Of a stretch of 49,316 nt of DNA, positions 8,739 through 17,141 are shown in pieces. This DNA is from Acutalibacteraceae bacterium (lineage in GTDB: Bacteria; Bacillota; Clostridia; Oscillospirales; Acutalibacteraceae): assembly GCA_045543715.1 (NCBI GenBank), contig JAZPXP010000035.1, forward strand, positions 1-49,316, in the 5' to 3' direction. Under the pieces are notes generated by a model. The model saw only the letters and a program-made list of their open reading frames with translations, was not told where the DNA came from and made no database searches. Position 1 is the first letter of the stretch. Every line of letters begins with the position of its first letter. A program made the position numbers and the translations under genes.

Positions 8739-9695
8739 TTATCCCAATATTACTATGCCCGAAATAACGAGGGCTATCATTAAATAATGCTTCCAGGACA
8801 TCTTTTCTTTTAAGAAAATTCTGCTCCAAAGCACCGAAATTGCGCAATAAGCTGAAATGATTACCATTCCAACCGAGAAATCACTGAATAAAACTGCCAT
8901 ATAGAAAATTTGACCTACTGTTTCGCAAAAACCGCCAAAGAATAAATGCTTATTTCCTTTAAAAATATTATCCTTTTTAACAAATTTAATCCAAATAAAT
9001 GCAAATATTGCCAAACAGAAGAATGTAAGCTCAAATGCCGAGTTTGCAGCATAATCGGTGATATCGGTTTTGATGAAGATTAGCTCGTCCCCTGCAGTTC
9101 CCAATGCATCTATAACAAGATATAGAATAGGCATAAGAAATGCCAAGATGCTCTTGGTATATTTGCGGTTGGCTCTTTCTTGTCTGGCTTTTTTGATTTC
9201 TTCGTCCTCATTTTGCTCAACAAAGCCAAGTCCCACGATACCAATCGTTATAAGAACAATACCTATAACAGTTACTGCGGTTAACTCTTCTAATGAGAAG
9301 ATACCAAAAAGAAGGCATAAAAGGAATGCCAAAGCTCCCGAAGAGTTGCAAATAGGCGAGGAAATCGATAATTCAATATAACGAAGTCCTATGTAACCCA
9401 AAACCATTGCCAATATATAAAGGGCGGCAACGGGGAAATATCTTATAAAATCAAAGGGTTTAAAATCGGTATAGAAAATGCTTGCTATAACCTTAGGAAC
9501 AGCATCAACACCAACAGTATTATCAATAACCGCTCCGCCTATAAGGGTTATAAAGAAATGGATACCCATTATAAGACCAACAGCGAAAACTACCTTCCAA
9601 TGACTATTCTTGTCTCTTTCTCTGGTTCCCATTTTAGAGAACAAATCCGAGCCGCTCCAACAAAGAAGGGCTAATATTGAAAAAATGTAAAACAT
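8739..9695 (-). CDS. DMT/EamA-like ten-TM membrane protein (two five-TM halves joined by a charged linker)
   Basis: 318 aa of internally duplicated hydrophobic halves separated by ...EQNEDEEIKKARQERANRK.... The family assignment rests on topology only. Confidence 0.55.
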   Translation of the reverse strand: MFYIFSILALLCWSGSDLFSKMGTRERDKNSHWKVVFAVGLIMGIHFFITLIGGAVIDNTVGVDAVPKVIASIFYTDFKPFDFIRYFPVAALYILAMVLGYIGLRYIELSISSPICNSSGALAFLLCLLFGIFSLEELTAVTVIGIVLITIGIVGLGFVEQNEDEEIKKARQERANRKYTKSILAFLMPILYLVIDALGTAGDELIFIKTDITDYAANSAFELTFFCLAIFAFIWIKFVKKDNIFKGNKHLFFGGFCETVGQIFYMAVLFSDFSVGMVIISAYCAISVLWSRIFLKEKMSWKHYLMIALVISGIVILG

Positions 9696-9803
9696 AAACT
9701 TCTCCTTTAATAAAACTTAATTTTGAATTAAGTTTTATTTGGAGGGGGCCTTCGCCTGAAATGGCGGCTTGGCATAATCCTTTTTAGTCTCTTAGTCATA
9801 TAC

Positions 9804-10646
9804 TTAGTCCGCTAATTTCTTTGCAAATTCAGAAAGCTCTTTGTCGCTGAAAAATTCGATAGTAAGAGTTCCTTTGCCTTTACCCATTGGTTTTATGTAA
9901 ACCTTTCTTCCCATTTCATTTTTGAGAGAAAGTTCAACCTCGTTATAGAAATTAGGTTTAACTATTGCCTTTGTTGTTTTAGGGGATTTCTTTGAGGCGG
10001 CTGCCATTTTTTCTAGCTCACGAACAGATGCACCGTCTGCTGCGGCAAGAAGCATTCTATGGCGAAGCTCCTTATCATCAACAGATAAAAGCGCTCTGGC
10101 GTGTCCCGCGGAAATAATGCCCTTTCTTAAAGCCTCAAGCTCGTCATTATATAAGCTTAATAGTCTTAAAGCATTGGTAACGGCACTTCTTGATTTTCCC
10201 ATTCTTTCGGCAACTGCCTCTTGAGTTAAACTAAACTCATCAATTAAGGAGCGATAACCCAAAGCCTCTTCAACGGGGTTCAGGTCTTCTCTTTGCAGGT
10301 TCTCAATAAGGGCTAACTCCATAAGGGTTTTATCATCGGTATCCTTAACCATAACAGGAACCTCATAAAGCCCTGCAATTCGGCAAGCTCTCCAACGGCG
10401 CTCGCCCGCAATAATCATATATCTGCCATTTGTTGTCGGCTTAACCACAATAGGTTGTATAAGACCGTGTTTTGCGATGCTATCTGCCAATTCGGATAAT
10501 GCACCCTCATCGAAGTCCTTACGGGGTTGATTTCTATTAGGCTCAATATCGTTTATATTAACGGTAACTGCGCCGTTTTCCTCGGTTGAATTATCATTAA
10601 AGAGTGCATCCAAGCCTCTGCCGAGGCCACCTTTTTTAACTGCCAT
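9804..10646 (-). CDS. spo0J: Chromosome partitioning protein ParB/Spo0J
   Basis: Contains the GERRWRA arginine patch, an HTH region and a C-terminal dimerisation domain. It lies 1 nt downstream of the parA/soj gene. Confidence 0.9.
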   Translation of the reverse strand: MAVKKGGLGRGLDALFNDNSTEENGAVTVNINDIEPNRNQPRKDFDEGALSELADSIAKHGLIQPIVVKPTTNGRYMIIAGERRWRACRIAGLYEVPVMVKDTDDKTLMELALIENLQREDLNPVEEALGYRSLIDEFSLTQEAVAERMGKSRSAVTNALRLLSLYNDELEALRKGIISAGHARALLSVDDKELRHRMLLAAADGASVRELEKMAAASKKSPKTTKAIVKPNFYNEVELSLKNEMGRKVYIKPMGKGKGTLTIEFFSDKELSEFAKKLAD

Positions 10647-10647
10647 T

Positions 10648-11418
10648 TTAACCTCTCCTGTTTCTCTTTAAAAATTCTTTTGCCAAATCGTTATAAGCGG
10701 CGGTTCCCTTTGAACGCTTATCGTAATACTGAATCGGCATTCCGTAGCTCGGGGCTTCCGAAAGTCTCACAGCCCTTGGAATTGCCGTTTTATAGAGCTT
10801 ATCGGCAAAATATTTCTTGATTTCCCCAACAACCTGTTGAGTAAGGTTAAGTCTGCCGTCAAACATTGTAAGTACAATTCCCTCGATTTCAAGGGTTGGA
10901 TTATAAAGTCTTTTAACCTGACGGACGGTTGCCATCAACTGCGAAAGTCCCTCAAGAGCGAAGTATTCACACTGAATAGGCACTAAAACGGTATCGCTCG
11001 CATTAAGAGCATTTATAGTTATAAGTCCCAAAGATGGCGGACAGTCTATAAATATGTAATCATATTTCTCTCTCGAAGAAGCCAAAGCCAGTTTCAACTG
11101 AGCCTCACGGCGTTCGATTTCGATTAAATCAACCTCTGCCGCTGCCAAATCCATAGAGGACGGCACAACCCAAACATTCTTGAACTCGGTATCTATTGCT
11201 GCTGTTTCGGCAGTTGCCTTGCCGATAAGCAGGTCATAAGCCGTAACCTTTGCTTCCTTTTTGTTTATTCCATATCCGCTTGTTGTATTTCCCTGAGGGT
11301 CGGCATCAACAAGCAGTACCTTTTTGCCCGACATTCCGACTGCCGCCGCAAGATTAACTGCGGTTGTTGTCTTCCCGACACCGCCTTTTTGATTAACAAT
11401 GGAAATTATCTTACCCAT
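10648..11418 (-). CDS. soj: Chromosome partitioning ATPase ParA/Soj
   Basis: Deviant Walker A KGGVGKTT. The start is set at MGKIISIV, with AGGAGG upstream of this ATG. Confidence 0.9.
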   Translation of the reverse strand: MGKIISIVNQKGGVGKTTTAVNLAAAVGMSGKKVLLVDADPQGNTTSGYGINKKEAKVTAYDLLIGKATAETAAIDTEFKNVWVVPSSMDLAAAEVDLIEIERREAQLKLALASSREKYDYIFIDCPPSLGLITINALNASDTVLVPIQCEYFALEGLSQLMATVRQVKRLYNPTLEIEGIVLTMFDGRLNLTQQVVGEIKKYFADKLYKTAIPRAVRLSEAPSYGMPIQYYDKRSKGTAAYNDLAKEFLKRNRRG

Positions 11419-11457
11419 ATTTAAAAATTTCCTCCTATTATTAGTAAACACTAATAA

Positions 11458-11473
11458 TGTTTCACGTGAAACA
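11458..11473. other. parS centromere-like site (perfect consensus)
   Basis: TGTTTCACGTGAAACA is an exact match to the TGTTNCACGTGAAACA consensus and lies in the soj 5' leader. Confidence 0.9.
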
Positions 11474-11494
11474 ATTTAAACATATTTTAATTAT

Positions 11495-11523
11495 ATTATA
11501 GCAGTAAACGCCGAAAATGTAAA
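11495..11523 (-). promoter_or_regulatory. Candidate sigma-A promoter for soj-spo0J, TTTACA-17 nt-TATAAT
   Basis: On the minus strand the -35 TTTACA is the complement of 11518-11523 and the -10 TATAAT is the complement of 11495-11500, with a 17-nt spacer. The parS site falls just downstream. Confidence 0.45.
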
Positions 11524-11555
11524 GAAAATAAAGGCGGAAGCCGAAACTTCCGCCT
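11520..11555 (-). terminator. Terminator after the spoVAE-like gene
   Basis: The stem AGGCGGAAG/CTTCCGCCT (11532-11540 and 11547-11555) overlaps the stop codon, with a T-rich tract downstream on the minus strand. Confidence 0.6.
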
Positions 11556-11922
11556 AATTTTTATCGTGTGGCTTAAATATTAACGCCATTATAAAACCGA
11601 AGAAAACCGATGCCGCTATGCCCGCCGCCGTTGCGGTAAGACCGCCGCTCAAAACTCCGATGAGTCCATACTCGGCAACTGCTTCCTTAACTCCTTTTGC
11701 AAGACTATATCCAAAACCCGTTAACGGAACGGTTGCACCCGCACCCGCAAACTCAGCTATAGGCTCATAAACGCCTATTGCGGTAAGGATAACTCCCAAA
11801 ACAACAAAAGAAACAAGTATTCTTGCAGGTGTTAATTTCGTATAGTCAATAAGCACCTGACCTATAAGACAAATAAATCCGCCAACCAAAAAAGCTTTTA
11901 AACAACTAATTATCAAATCCAT
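11554..11922 (-). CDS. spoVAE: SpoVAE(B)-family spore dipicolinate-channel membrane protein
   Basis: 122 aa with ...AFLVGGFICLIGQ..., ...FAGAGATVPLTGFG... and a C-terminal ...FGFIMALIFKP, all hallmarks of the SpoVAC/SpoVAEB family. Its length matches SpoVAEB. Confidence 0.8.
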   Translation of the reverse strand: MDLIISCLKAFLVGGFICLIGQVLIDYTKLTPARILVSFVVLGVILTAIGVYEPIAEFAGAGATVPLTGFGYSLAKGVKEAVAEYGLIGVLSGGLTATAAGIAASVFFGFIMALIFKPHDKN

Positions 11923-11941
11923 AATATTTTCCTATTAAAAA

Positions 11942-11973
11942 AGTAGTAATGTTTCACGTGAAACATTACTACT
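11942..11973. other. Second perfect parS (11950-11965) embedded in a perfect 32-bp palindrome
   Basis: AGTAGTAATGTTTCAC|GTGAAACATTACTACT is perfectly self-complementary over its full length, with the parS core TGTTTCACGTGAAACA at the centre. Confidence 0.9.
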
Positions 11974-11992
11974 ATTTCCTAAAAAACCAAAA

Positions 11993-13417
11993 TTATTCAT
12001 TTATAAAACATTTATATATATCTTCGCTAACCTTTTCATAATCCATATATCGAAGACGAATACTGTCAGCTTGCTCGCTGCAAACAGTAAACCTGACAAG
12101 ACAGGTGCTTTGCACCAAATCAAAACCCATCTGCAAAATCTTAATCTGACCGACATTTTCTTTCGGACAGTATATTTCCCTCGTTTTAAACAAAGATGTT
12201 CCTCTTATATAAATGTTTTTCCCTAAAGTTAGTTTGCCATATTTAAACTCATATATATTCATATAGGCATAATAAAATACGAGTGAAAGACAAATAAATG
12301 TTAAAAAGAATATAAATCTGCCGAATTCAGTAAAAATCACTGCAGAAACAACAGCAAGTCCTAAAACCAACAAAAGATAAATCGCAGGGAAAAATAAAAA
12401 TCTGTTTCTGACCTCATTTCGATAATTCGGTCTTAAAACCCTACCCTCCGACTTCAAAAAAGGAAAATAAAGCGAAAAGTCTCGGTTTATTTCCTTTCGA
12501 TTTGCAACAGGCACTATAACCTGAGATGCGCCCTTGCTCTCACCGAATCCTCCAACACTAACCTTCATGGAATATCTTTTGAAGAGGTGCAAAAGCGGAG
12601 TTTGCTCGATAGTTACATTGTTAACACACCGTTTTTTGAAATAAGTCCAGGTTCTAACAAAGAATCCCGATTTAACCTCCAGCTTATCCTCGCCTAAGGT
12701 AAGCTTGAAGTTTATATACTTTATGAACAGATAAATAAAGGAAACCGCATAAGCTAATAAAATAATTAATGATACGGTATTAACAACAGGCGGAAAATAG
12801 GTTTGTATTTTAGAGGAAACTATAGCTATTTCCTCATAAATCTTATTGAAACCAACACCCAGAAGCTTACCTGCCTGATTTATAACAGGAACGCCAACTA
12901 GCATACCCGTAAAAGCCGAGGATGTTGCTGCCGCCAAAAAGGCAACCCTGAAAGGAGAAAATTTCATTTTCGAAACAGCTTGTCCTTCATATAGGTTTTT
13001 AGAGATTTCCTTGCTGTTTTTAGCGCTTAGCTTAAATCTGAAGTCCGAACTGTTTTTGGCGCCGGCTTCGGTGTTAACTTTATAGGTAACTGCTCCAAAT
13101 ATAGCGTCTATGGGACTTTTTTCAATTTGCACCGAAGAAAGCTTTGAAAGCTCGATTTCTGCCGCTTTAACAAATATAATACCCATTCTAATATAAATGG
13201 TTTTTTCATCAATAGAAACCTTGAAGGCAAGCCAACGGGCTATCGCTATTACGGTTAACATAACAACCATTAAAATTTCAAGGGTTAAAATATTGTTAAC
13301 CTTGCCGTTAACCGCATAACTAAGCAAAGCCTTTATAAATGGCAAAAGCAAAACAAACAAAAAAGGCTTCATAAGACTCCATATCATAAGCGGATGGGCG
13401 CGGTATTCTTTCCTCAT
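11993..13417 (-). CDS. YdbT-like membrane protein with repeated bacterial PH (bPH_2) domains
   Basis: 474 aa with alternating TM hairpins and about 100-aa soluble modules. It is paired with, and overlaps by 1 nt, a YdbS-like gene, as in the B. subtilis ydbST pair. Confidence 0.7.
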   Translation of the reverse strand: MRKEYRAHPLMIWSLMKPFLFVLLLPFIKALLSYAVNGKVNNILTLEILMVVMLTVIAIARWLAFKVSIDEKTIYIRMGIIFVKAAEIELSKLSSVQIEKSPIDAIFGAVTYKVNTEAGAKNSSDFRFKLSAKNSKEISKNLYEGQAVSKMKFSPFRVAFLAAATSSAFTGMLVGVPVINQAGKLLGVGFNKIYEEIAIVSSKIQTYFPPVVNTVSLIILLAYAVSFIYLFIKYINFKLTLGEDKLEVKSGFFVRTWTYFKKRCVNNVTIEQTPLLHLFKRYSMKVSVGGFGESKGASQVIVPVANRKEINRDFSLYFPFLKSEGRVLRPNYRNEVRNRFLFFPAIYLLLVLGLAVVSAVIFTEFGRFIFFLTFICLSLVFYYAYMNIYEFKYGKLTLGKNIYIRGTSLFKTREIYCPKENVGQIKILQMGFDLVQSTCLVRFTVCSEQADSIRLRYMDYEKVSEDIYKCFINE

Positions 13418-13848
13418 CAGGATTCACCCCTTGAAATCGCCAAAAGCAGTTCTTCGGCATCCTCTTTGTTCATTTCCGGAATAAAAATATAGCTTCGCGC
13501 AGCCTTTAAAGTTAAGGCTGAAAGTGAAAAAAGCTTTGCAACGGGCGTTACCAAGGTTTGAGTATAAATCAGTCTAGAAAATGGCAAAATATGGGTGTTT
13601 TTGATAAAAACCCCCCTTTTTATTACCACTGCGCCGTTTATAAACTGTATTTTACAGGTTTCGAAGAATTTTGGCAAATACCAAAATATAATCAGACCAA
13701 ACAAAACAGCAATAATAGCCACAGTTATAGCAAAGGGTTTTAAATCGAAAGAGAAATAGGCGGAAACACCCACAAATAAAAGAGCGATAGCTATTCCTCT
13801 TATTTGCCAAAGCCATAAAGTTTTTTTCGGTAGATTATATTCCTTCAT
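13417..13848 (-). CDS. YdbS-like PH-domain membrane protein
   Basis: 143 aa with two N-terminal TM helices and one bPH_2-like domain, immediately upstream of the YdbT-like gene. Confidence 0.65.
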   Translation of the reverse strand: MKEYNLPKKTLWLWQIRGIAIALLFVGVSAYFSFDLKPFAITVAIIAVLFGLIIFWYLPKFFETCKIQFINGAVVIKRGVFIKNTHILPFSRLIYTQTLVTPVAKLFSLSALTLKAARSYIFIPEMNKEDAEELLLAISRGES

Positions 13849-13862
13849 AATATCACCAAACT

Positions 13863-15122
13863 TTACTTTTTAATTTTTGCCCAATAATCTTTAAATGCTG
13901 CTTCGGTTTTATTATCACCGAAATTATAGTATTTCTTATTTTTTATTTGGTCGGGCAAATACTGTTGGTTTACATAATGTCCGTCATAGTCGTGGGGATA
14001 TTTATAATTCTGCCCTTTAACTAAAGCGTCTTCCCCGTCAAAATGTTTGTTCTGCAGTTGTCTTGGAATATCGCCGCCTATTCCCCTTTCAATATCCTGC
14101 ATAGCCGAGTTAATAGCCATATAAGCAGAATTCGATTTTGGAGAATTTGCAACTAAAATAACTGCGTTTGCTAAAGGTATTCGTGCCTCAGGAAGACCTA
14201 CCATCATAGCGGTATCAACTGCCGCTTTAACAATGGGTATTATCTGGGGATAAGCCAGTCCGACATCCTCATTGGCGCAAACCAAAAGTCTTCTGCAAGC
14301 ACTCGGCAAATCGCCCGCCGCTAAAAGTCTTCCGAGATAGTAAACTGCGGCATCGGGGTCGGAGCCTCGCATAGATTTCTGATATGCAGAGATTATATCG
14401 TAATGCTCATCTCCCTCTCTATCATATCTTACGGCATTCGAGGCTAATATCTGTTCGGCAATTTCATCCTCAATAACTATTTTCTCGTTTTCCTCTGCAG
14501 TTACAAGGCAGAGCTCCAGCATATTAAGGGCTCTTCTCACATCTCCCGCAGCGGCAAAAGCCATTTTTTTAAGCGAAGCCTCAGAAATTTCTATTTCCTT
14601 TCCCTTTTCCTCACTCAAGACATCTTTTGAGCGGACCAAAACCTCTTTTATATCTTCATTTGATAAGGTTTTGAACTCAAAAACGGTTGAACGGCTTAAA
14701 ATCGCATTATAAACATAAAAATATGGGTTTTCGGTTGTTGAAGCGATAAGGGTTATATCGCCGTTTTCAATATAGGAAAGCAAAATTTGCTGTTGTTTTT
14801 TATTGAAATACTGAATCTCGTCAAGATATAAAAGAATACCGCCTGACGCCTCAATAGAGCCGATACTATTGATTATTTCCTTGATATCCGAGGTTGATGC
14901 AACGGTTGCATTAAGATGATAAAGTTTTTTACCGCAATTTTCAGCAATTATATTAGCAACTGTTGTTTTTCCAACCCCCGAGGGCCCGTAAAAAATCAGG
15001 TTTGGGATATTGCCCGAATCAATAATACGCCTTAACACCTTTCCCTCATCTAAGAGGTGGTGCTGACCTGCAACATCCTCAATTTTTTTAGGTCTTATCC
15101 TATCAGCCAAAGGAGAATTCAT
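13863..15122 (-). CDS. rarA: Replication-associated recombination protein A (AAA+ ATPase RarA/MgsA)
   Basis: Contains ...LADRIRPKKIEDVAGQ.HLL..., Walker A GPSGVGKTT and the MgsA C-terminal domain. The start is set at MNSPLA, with GAGGGGTG upstream. Confidence 0.9.
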   Translation of the reverse strand: MNSPLADRIRPKKIEDVAGQHHLLDEGKVLRRIIDSGNIPNLIFYGPSGVGKTTVANIIAENCGKKLYHLNATVASTSDIKEIINSIGSIEASGGILLYLDEIQYFNKKQQQILLSYIENGDITLIASTTENPYFYVYNAILSRSTVFEFKTLSNEDIKEVLVRSKDVLSEEKGKEIEISEASLKKMAFAAAGDVRRALNMLELCLVTAEENEKIVIEDEIAEQILASNAVRYDREGDEHYDIISAYQKSMRGSDPDAAVYYLGRLLAAGDLPSACRRLLVCANEDVGLAYPQIIPIVKAAVDTAMMVGLPEARIPLANAVILVANSPKSNSAYMAINSAMQDIERGIGGDIPRQLQNKHFDGEDALVKGQNYKYPHDYDGHYVNQQYLPDQIKNKKYYNFGDNKTEAAFKDYWAKIKK

Positions 15123-15178
15123 TATTTCACCCCTCATTTCATACTATTTAATAACTCCCGAAAAAGAAGGTTTTTCTA

Positions 15179-16699
15179 TTGAAAAAGACTGTTTTTATAA
15201 AAAACGCCTTAATTTTAACCGTTTCTTCGCTAATTCTCAGATTTATAGGCATTATTTTCAAGGTTTGGCTTGCAAAAGAGATTGGAAGCGAAGGAATCGG
15301 TCTTTATCAACTGATTTTTTCGGTTTATGTTCTAATTTCAACTTTTGCAACCTCAGGGATTTCAACCGCCGTTACAAAGCTTTGCGCCGAAGAGTTAGCC
15401 CTCGGCTCCAAAAAAGGCACACTTAGAATTTTAAAAAGAGCAATAACAATAAGTCTTATTTTAGCCGTTATTTCTTTAAGTATTGTCTTTTTTGGCGCCG
15501 ATATTATAGCAAACAACCTAATCGCCGACGGAAGAGCGGTTTTGGCCCTTAAAATACTGCCTTTTTCTCTTCCCTTTATAGCGGTTTCTTCTTGTATTCG
15601 AGGATATTTCATATCAAGGAGAAAAGCAACACCGGGTTCAGCCACACAAATACTTGAACAAATTATCAGAATTTCGGTGATTTTCCTTCTTATAGGCAAA
15701 TTTGCAAATCGGGGAATAGCATTTTGCTGCGCCGCCGTTATAATAGGCGATGTTTTAGCAGAAGCCATTTCAACTTTATCTTTAGTTTTGATTTATAAAT
15801 TCGACCAAAAGAATTTATCGGTTTTAAAAGGAAGAGAAGCTCCGCCTTATAAGGTTACAAAAAGGATAATAAATATTGCCCTCCCCATAACCTCGGGAAG
15901 ATACCTGAATTCAGGCCTCAGAACAGCCGAAAACATTTTAGTTCCAAAAAATCTCTCAAAATTTTCGGCAAACTCTTCCCTTGCTCTTTCACAGTTTGGA
16001 ATGATAAAGGGAATGGCTCTGCCCCTTTTATTTTTTCCCTCAACCCTTTTAAATTCAGTATCAATCCTCTTAATTCCCGAAATGAGTGAAGCCTTGGCGC
16101 GAAAGAGAAAAGGAATGGTTGAAAAATCGGTCCGCAATATTTTAAGGCTAACCGCCGTTATTTCCTTTATTTTCGCAAGTATTTTCTTTTTTGCAGGGGA
16201 AGAAATCGGTATGCTAATATATAAAGAGCATCAAACGGGGCTTTTGATTAAATATTTAGCGCCAATTGTACCTCTAATGTATCTCGATAGCATATCAGAT
16301 GGGCTTTTGAAAGGCCTTGACCAACAAAACTTTACCTTTCGCACCGCCGTTTCGGACTCAACAATCAGAATTATCTTGATTTTACTTATCTTGCCACTCT
16401 TTGGAATGAAAGGTTTTATAGGAATTATGTATTTTTCCAACGCCTTAACCTGTTTTTTAAATGTTGGAAGGCTCCTAAAGGTGAGCGGTGCAAAATTTAA
16501 ACCAACCGAAGATATAATTTTTCCGATTTTGCTATCAGTAACATTAGGACTGCTCAGCAAATTTTTGCTTTCCTTTAATAATTTTGGGGATTTGGTTTAC
16601 ATAATCCTTATTTGTCTTATATGTTTGCCTTTATATTTCCTTTTGTTGTCCCTTTTTGGAACGATTAGTATAAATCAAATTAAAAATTTATTCTCTTAA
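15179..16699 (+). CDS. spoVB: Stage V sporulation protein B-like MOP-superfamily flippase
   Basis: 506 aa with about 14 TM segments and an N-terminal region typical of SpoVB/MurJ-like polysaccharide-biosynthesis proteins. It uses a TTG start. Confidence 0.7.
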   Translation: MKKTVFIKNALILTVSSLILRFIGIIFKVWLAKEIGSEGIGLYQLIFSVYVLISTFATSGISTAVTKLCAEELALGSKKGTLRILKRAITISLILAVISLSIVFFGADIIANNLIADGRAVLALKILPFSLPFIAVSSCIRGYFISRRKATPGSATQILEQIIRISVIFLLIGKFANRGIAFCCAAVIIGDVLAEAISTLSLVLIYKFDQKNLSVLKGREAPPYKVTKRIINIALPITSGRYLNSGLRTAENILVPKNLSKFSANSSLALSQFGMIKGMALPLLFFPSTLLNSVSILLIPEMSEALARKRKGMVEKSVRNILRLTAVISFIFASIFFFAGEEIGMLIYKEHQTGLLIKYLAPIVPLMYLDSISDGLLKGLDQQNFTFRTAVSDSTIRIILILLILPLFGMKGFIGIMYFSNALTCFLNVGRLLKVSGAKFKPTEDIIFPILLSVTLGLLSKFLLSFNNFGDLVYIILICLICLPLYFLLLSLFGTISINQIKNLFS

Positions 16700-17131
16700 A
16701 CCTTTAAAAAAGCCTTTTATCAAATCAAGGCATTCGTCTTCCATAATTCCGCCGTAAACCTCAACCTTATGGTTATAGGGTAAATCGCAAAGGTTTATAA
16801 CCGAATCGATACTTCCCATTTTAGAGTCGAACGCACCGAAAATTAAGGTTTTTATTCTGGAATTTATAATCGCCCCCGCACACATAGGGCAAGGCTCCAA
16901 GGTAACATACATTTCGCAGTCCTCAAGCCGCCAACTGCCCAGAGTTTCGCAAGCGTTATTTATCGCTTCTATTTCAGCGTGAGACAAAGCGTTTTGCTTT
17001 GCCTCGCGCTCATTTTTTCCTCTTGCTATTATCTCGCCGTTTCTAACTATAACTGCGCCAACGGGAACTTCCCCCATTGCGCCCGCCTCTTTTGCGAGAA
17101 TAATTGCTTCTTTCATAAACTTTTTGTCCAT
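16688..17131 (-). CDS. tadA: tRNA adenosine(34) deaminase
   Basis: Zinc-ligand motifs HAEIEAI and PCPMCAGA. The start is set at MDKKFMKEAI, with GGAG upstream. Confidence 0.9.
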   Translation of the reverse strand: MDKKFMKEAIILAKEAGAMGEVPVGAVIVRNGEIIARGKNEREAKQNALSHAEIEAINNACETLGSWRLEDCEMYVTLEPCPMCAGAIINSRIKTLIFGAFDSKMGSIDSVINLCDLPYNHKVEVYGGIMEDECLDLIKGFFKGLRE

Positions 17132-17141
17132 TTTTTCTCCA

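Noticed and set aside
16688-16699. 12-nt convergent overlap of the spoVB-like and tadA 3' ends with no intervening terminator.
   Set aside because: Short convergent overlaps are common in compact genomes, and nothing further is visible in the sequence.
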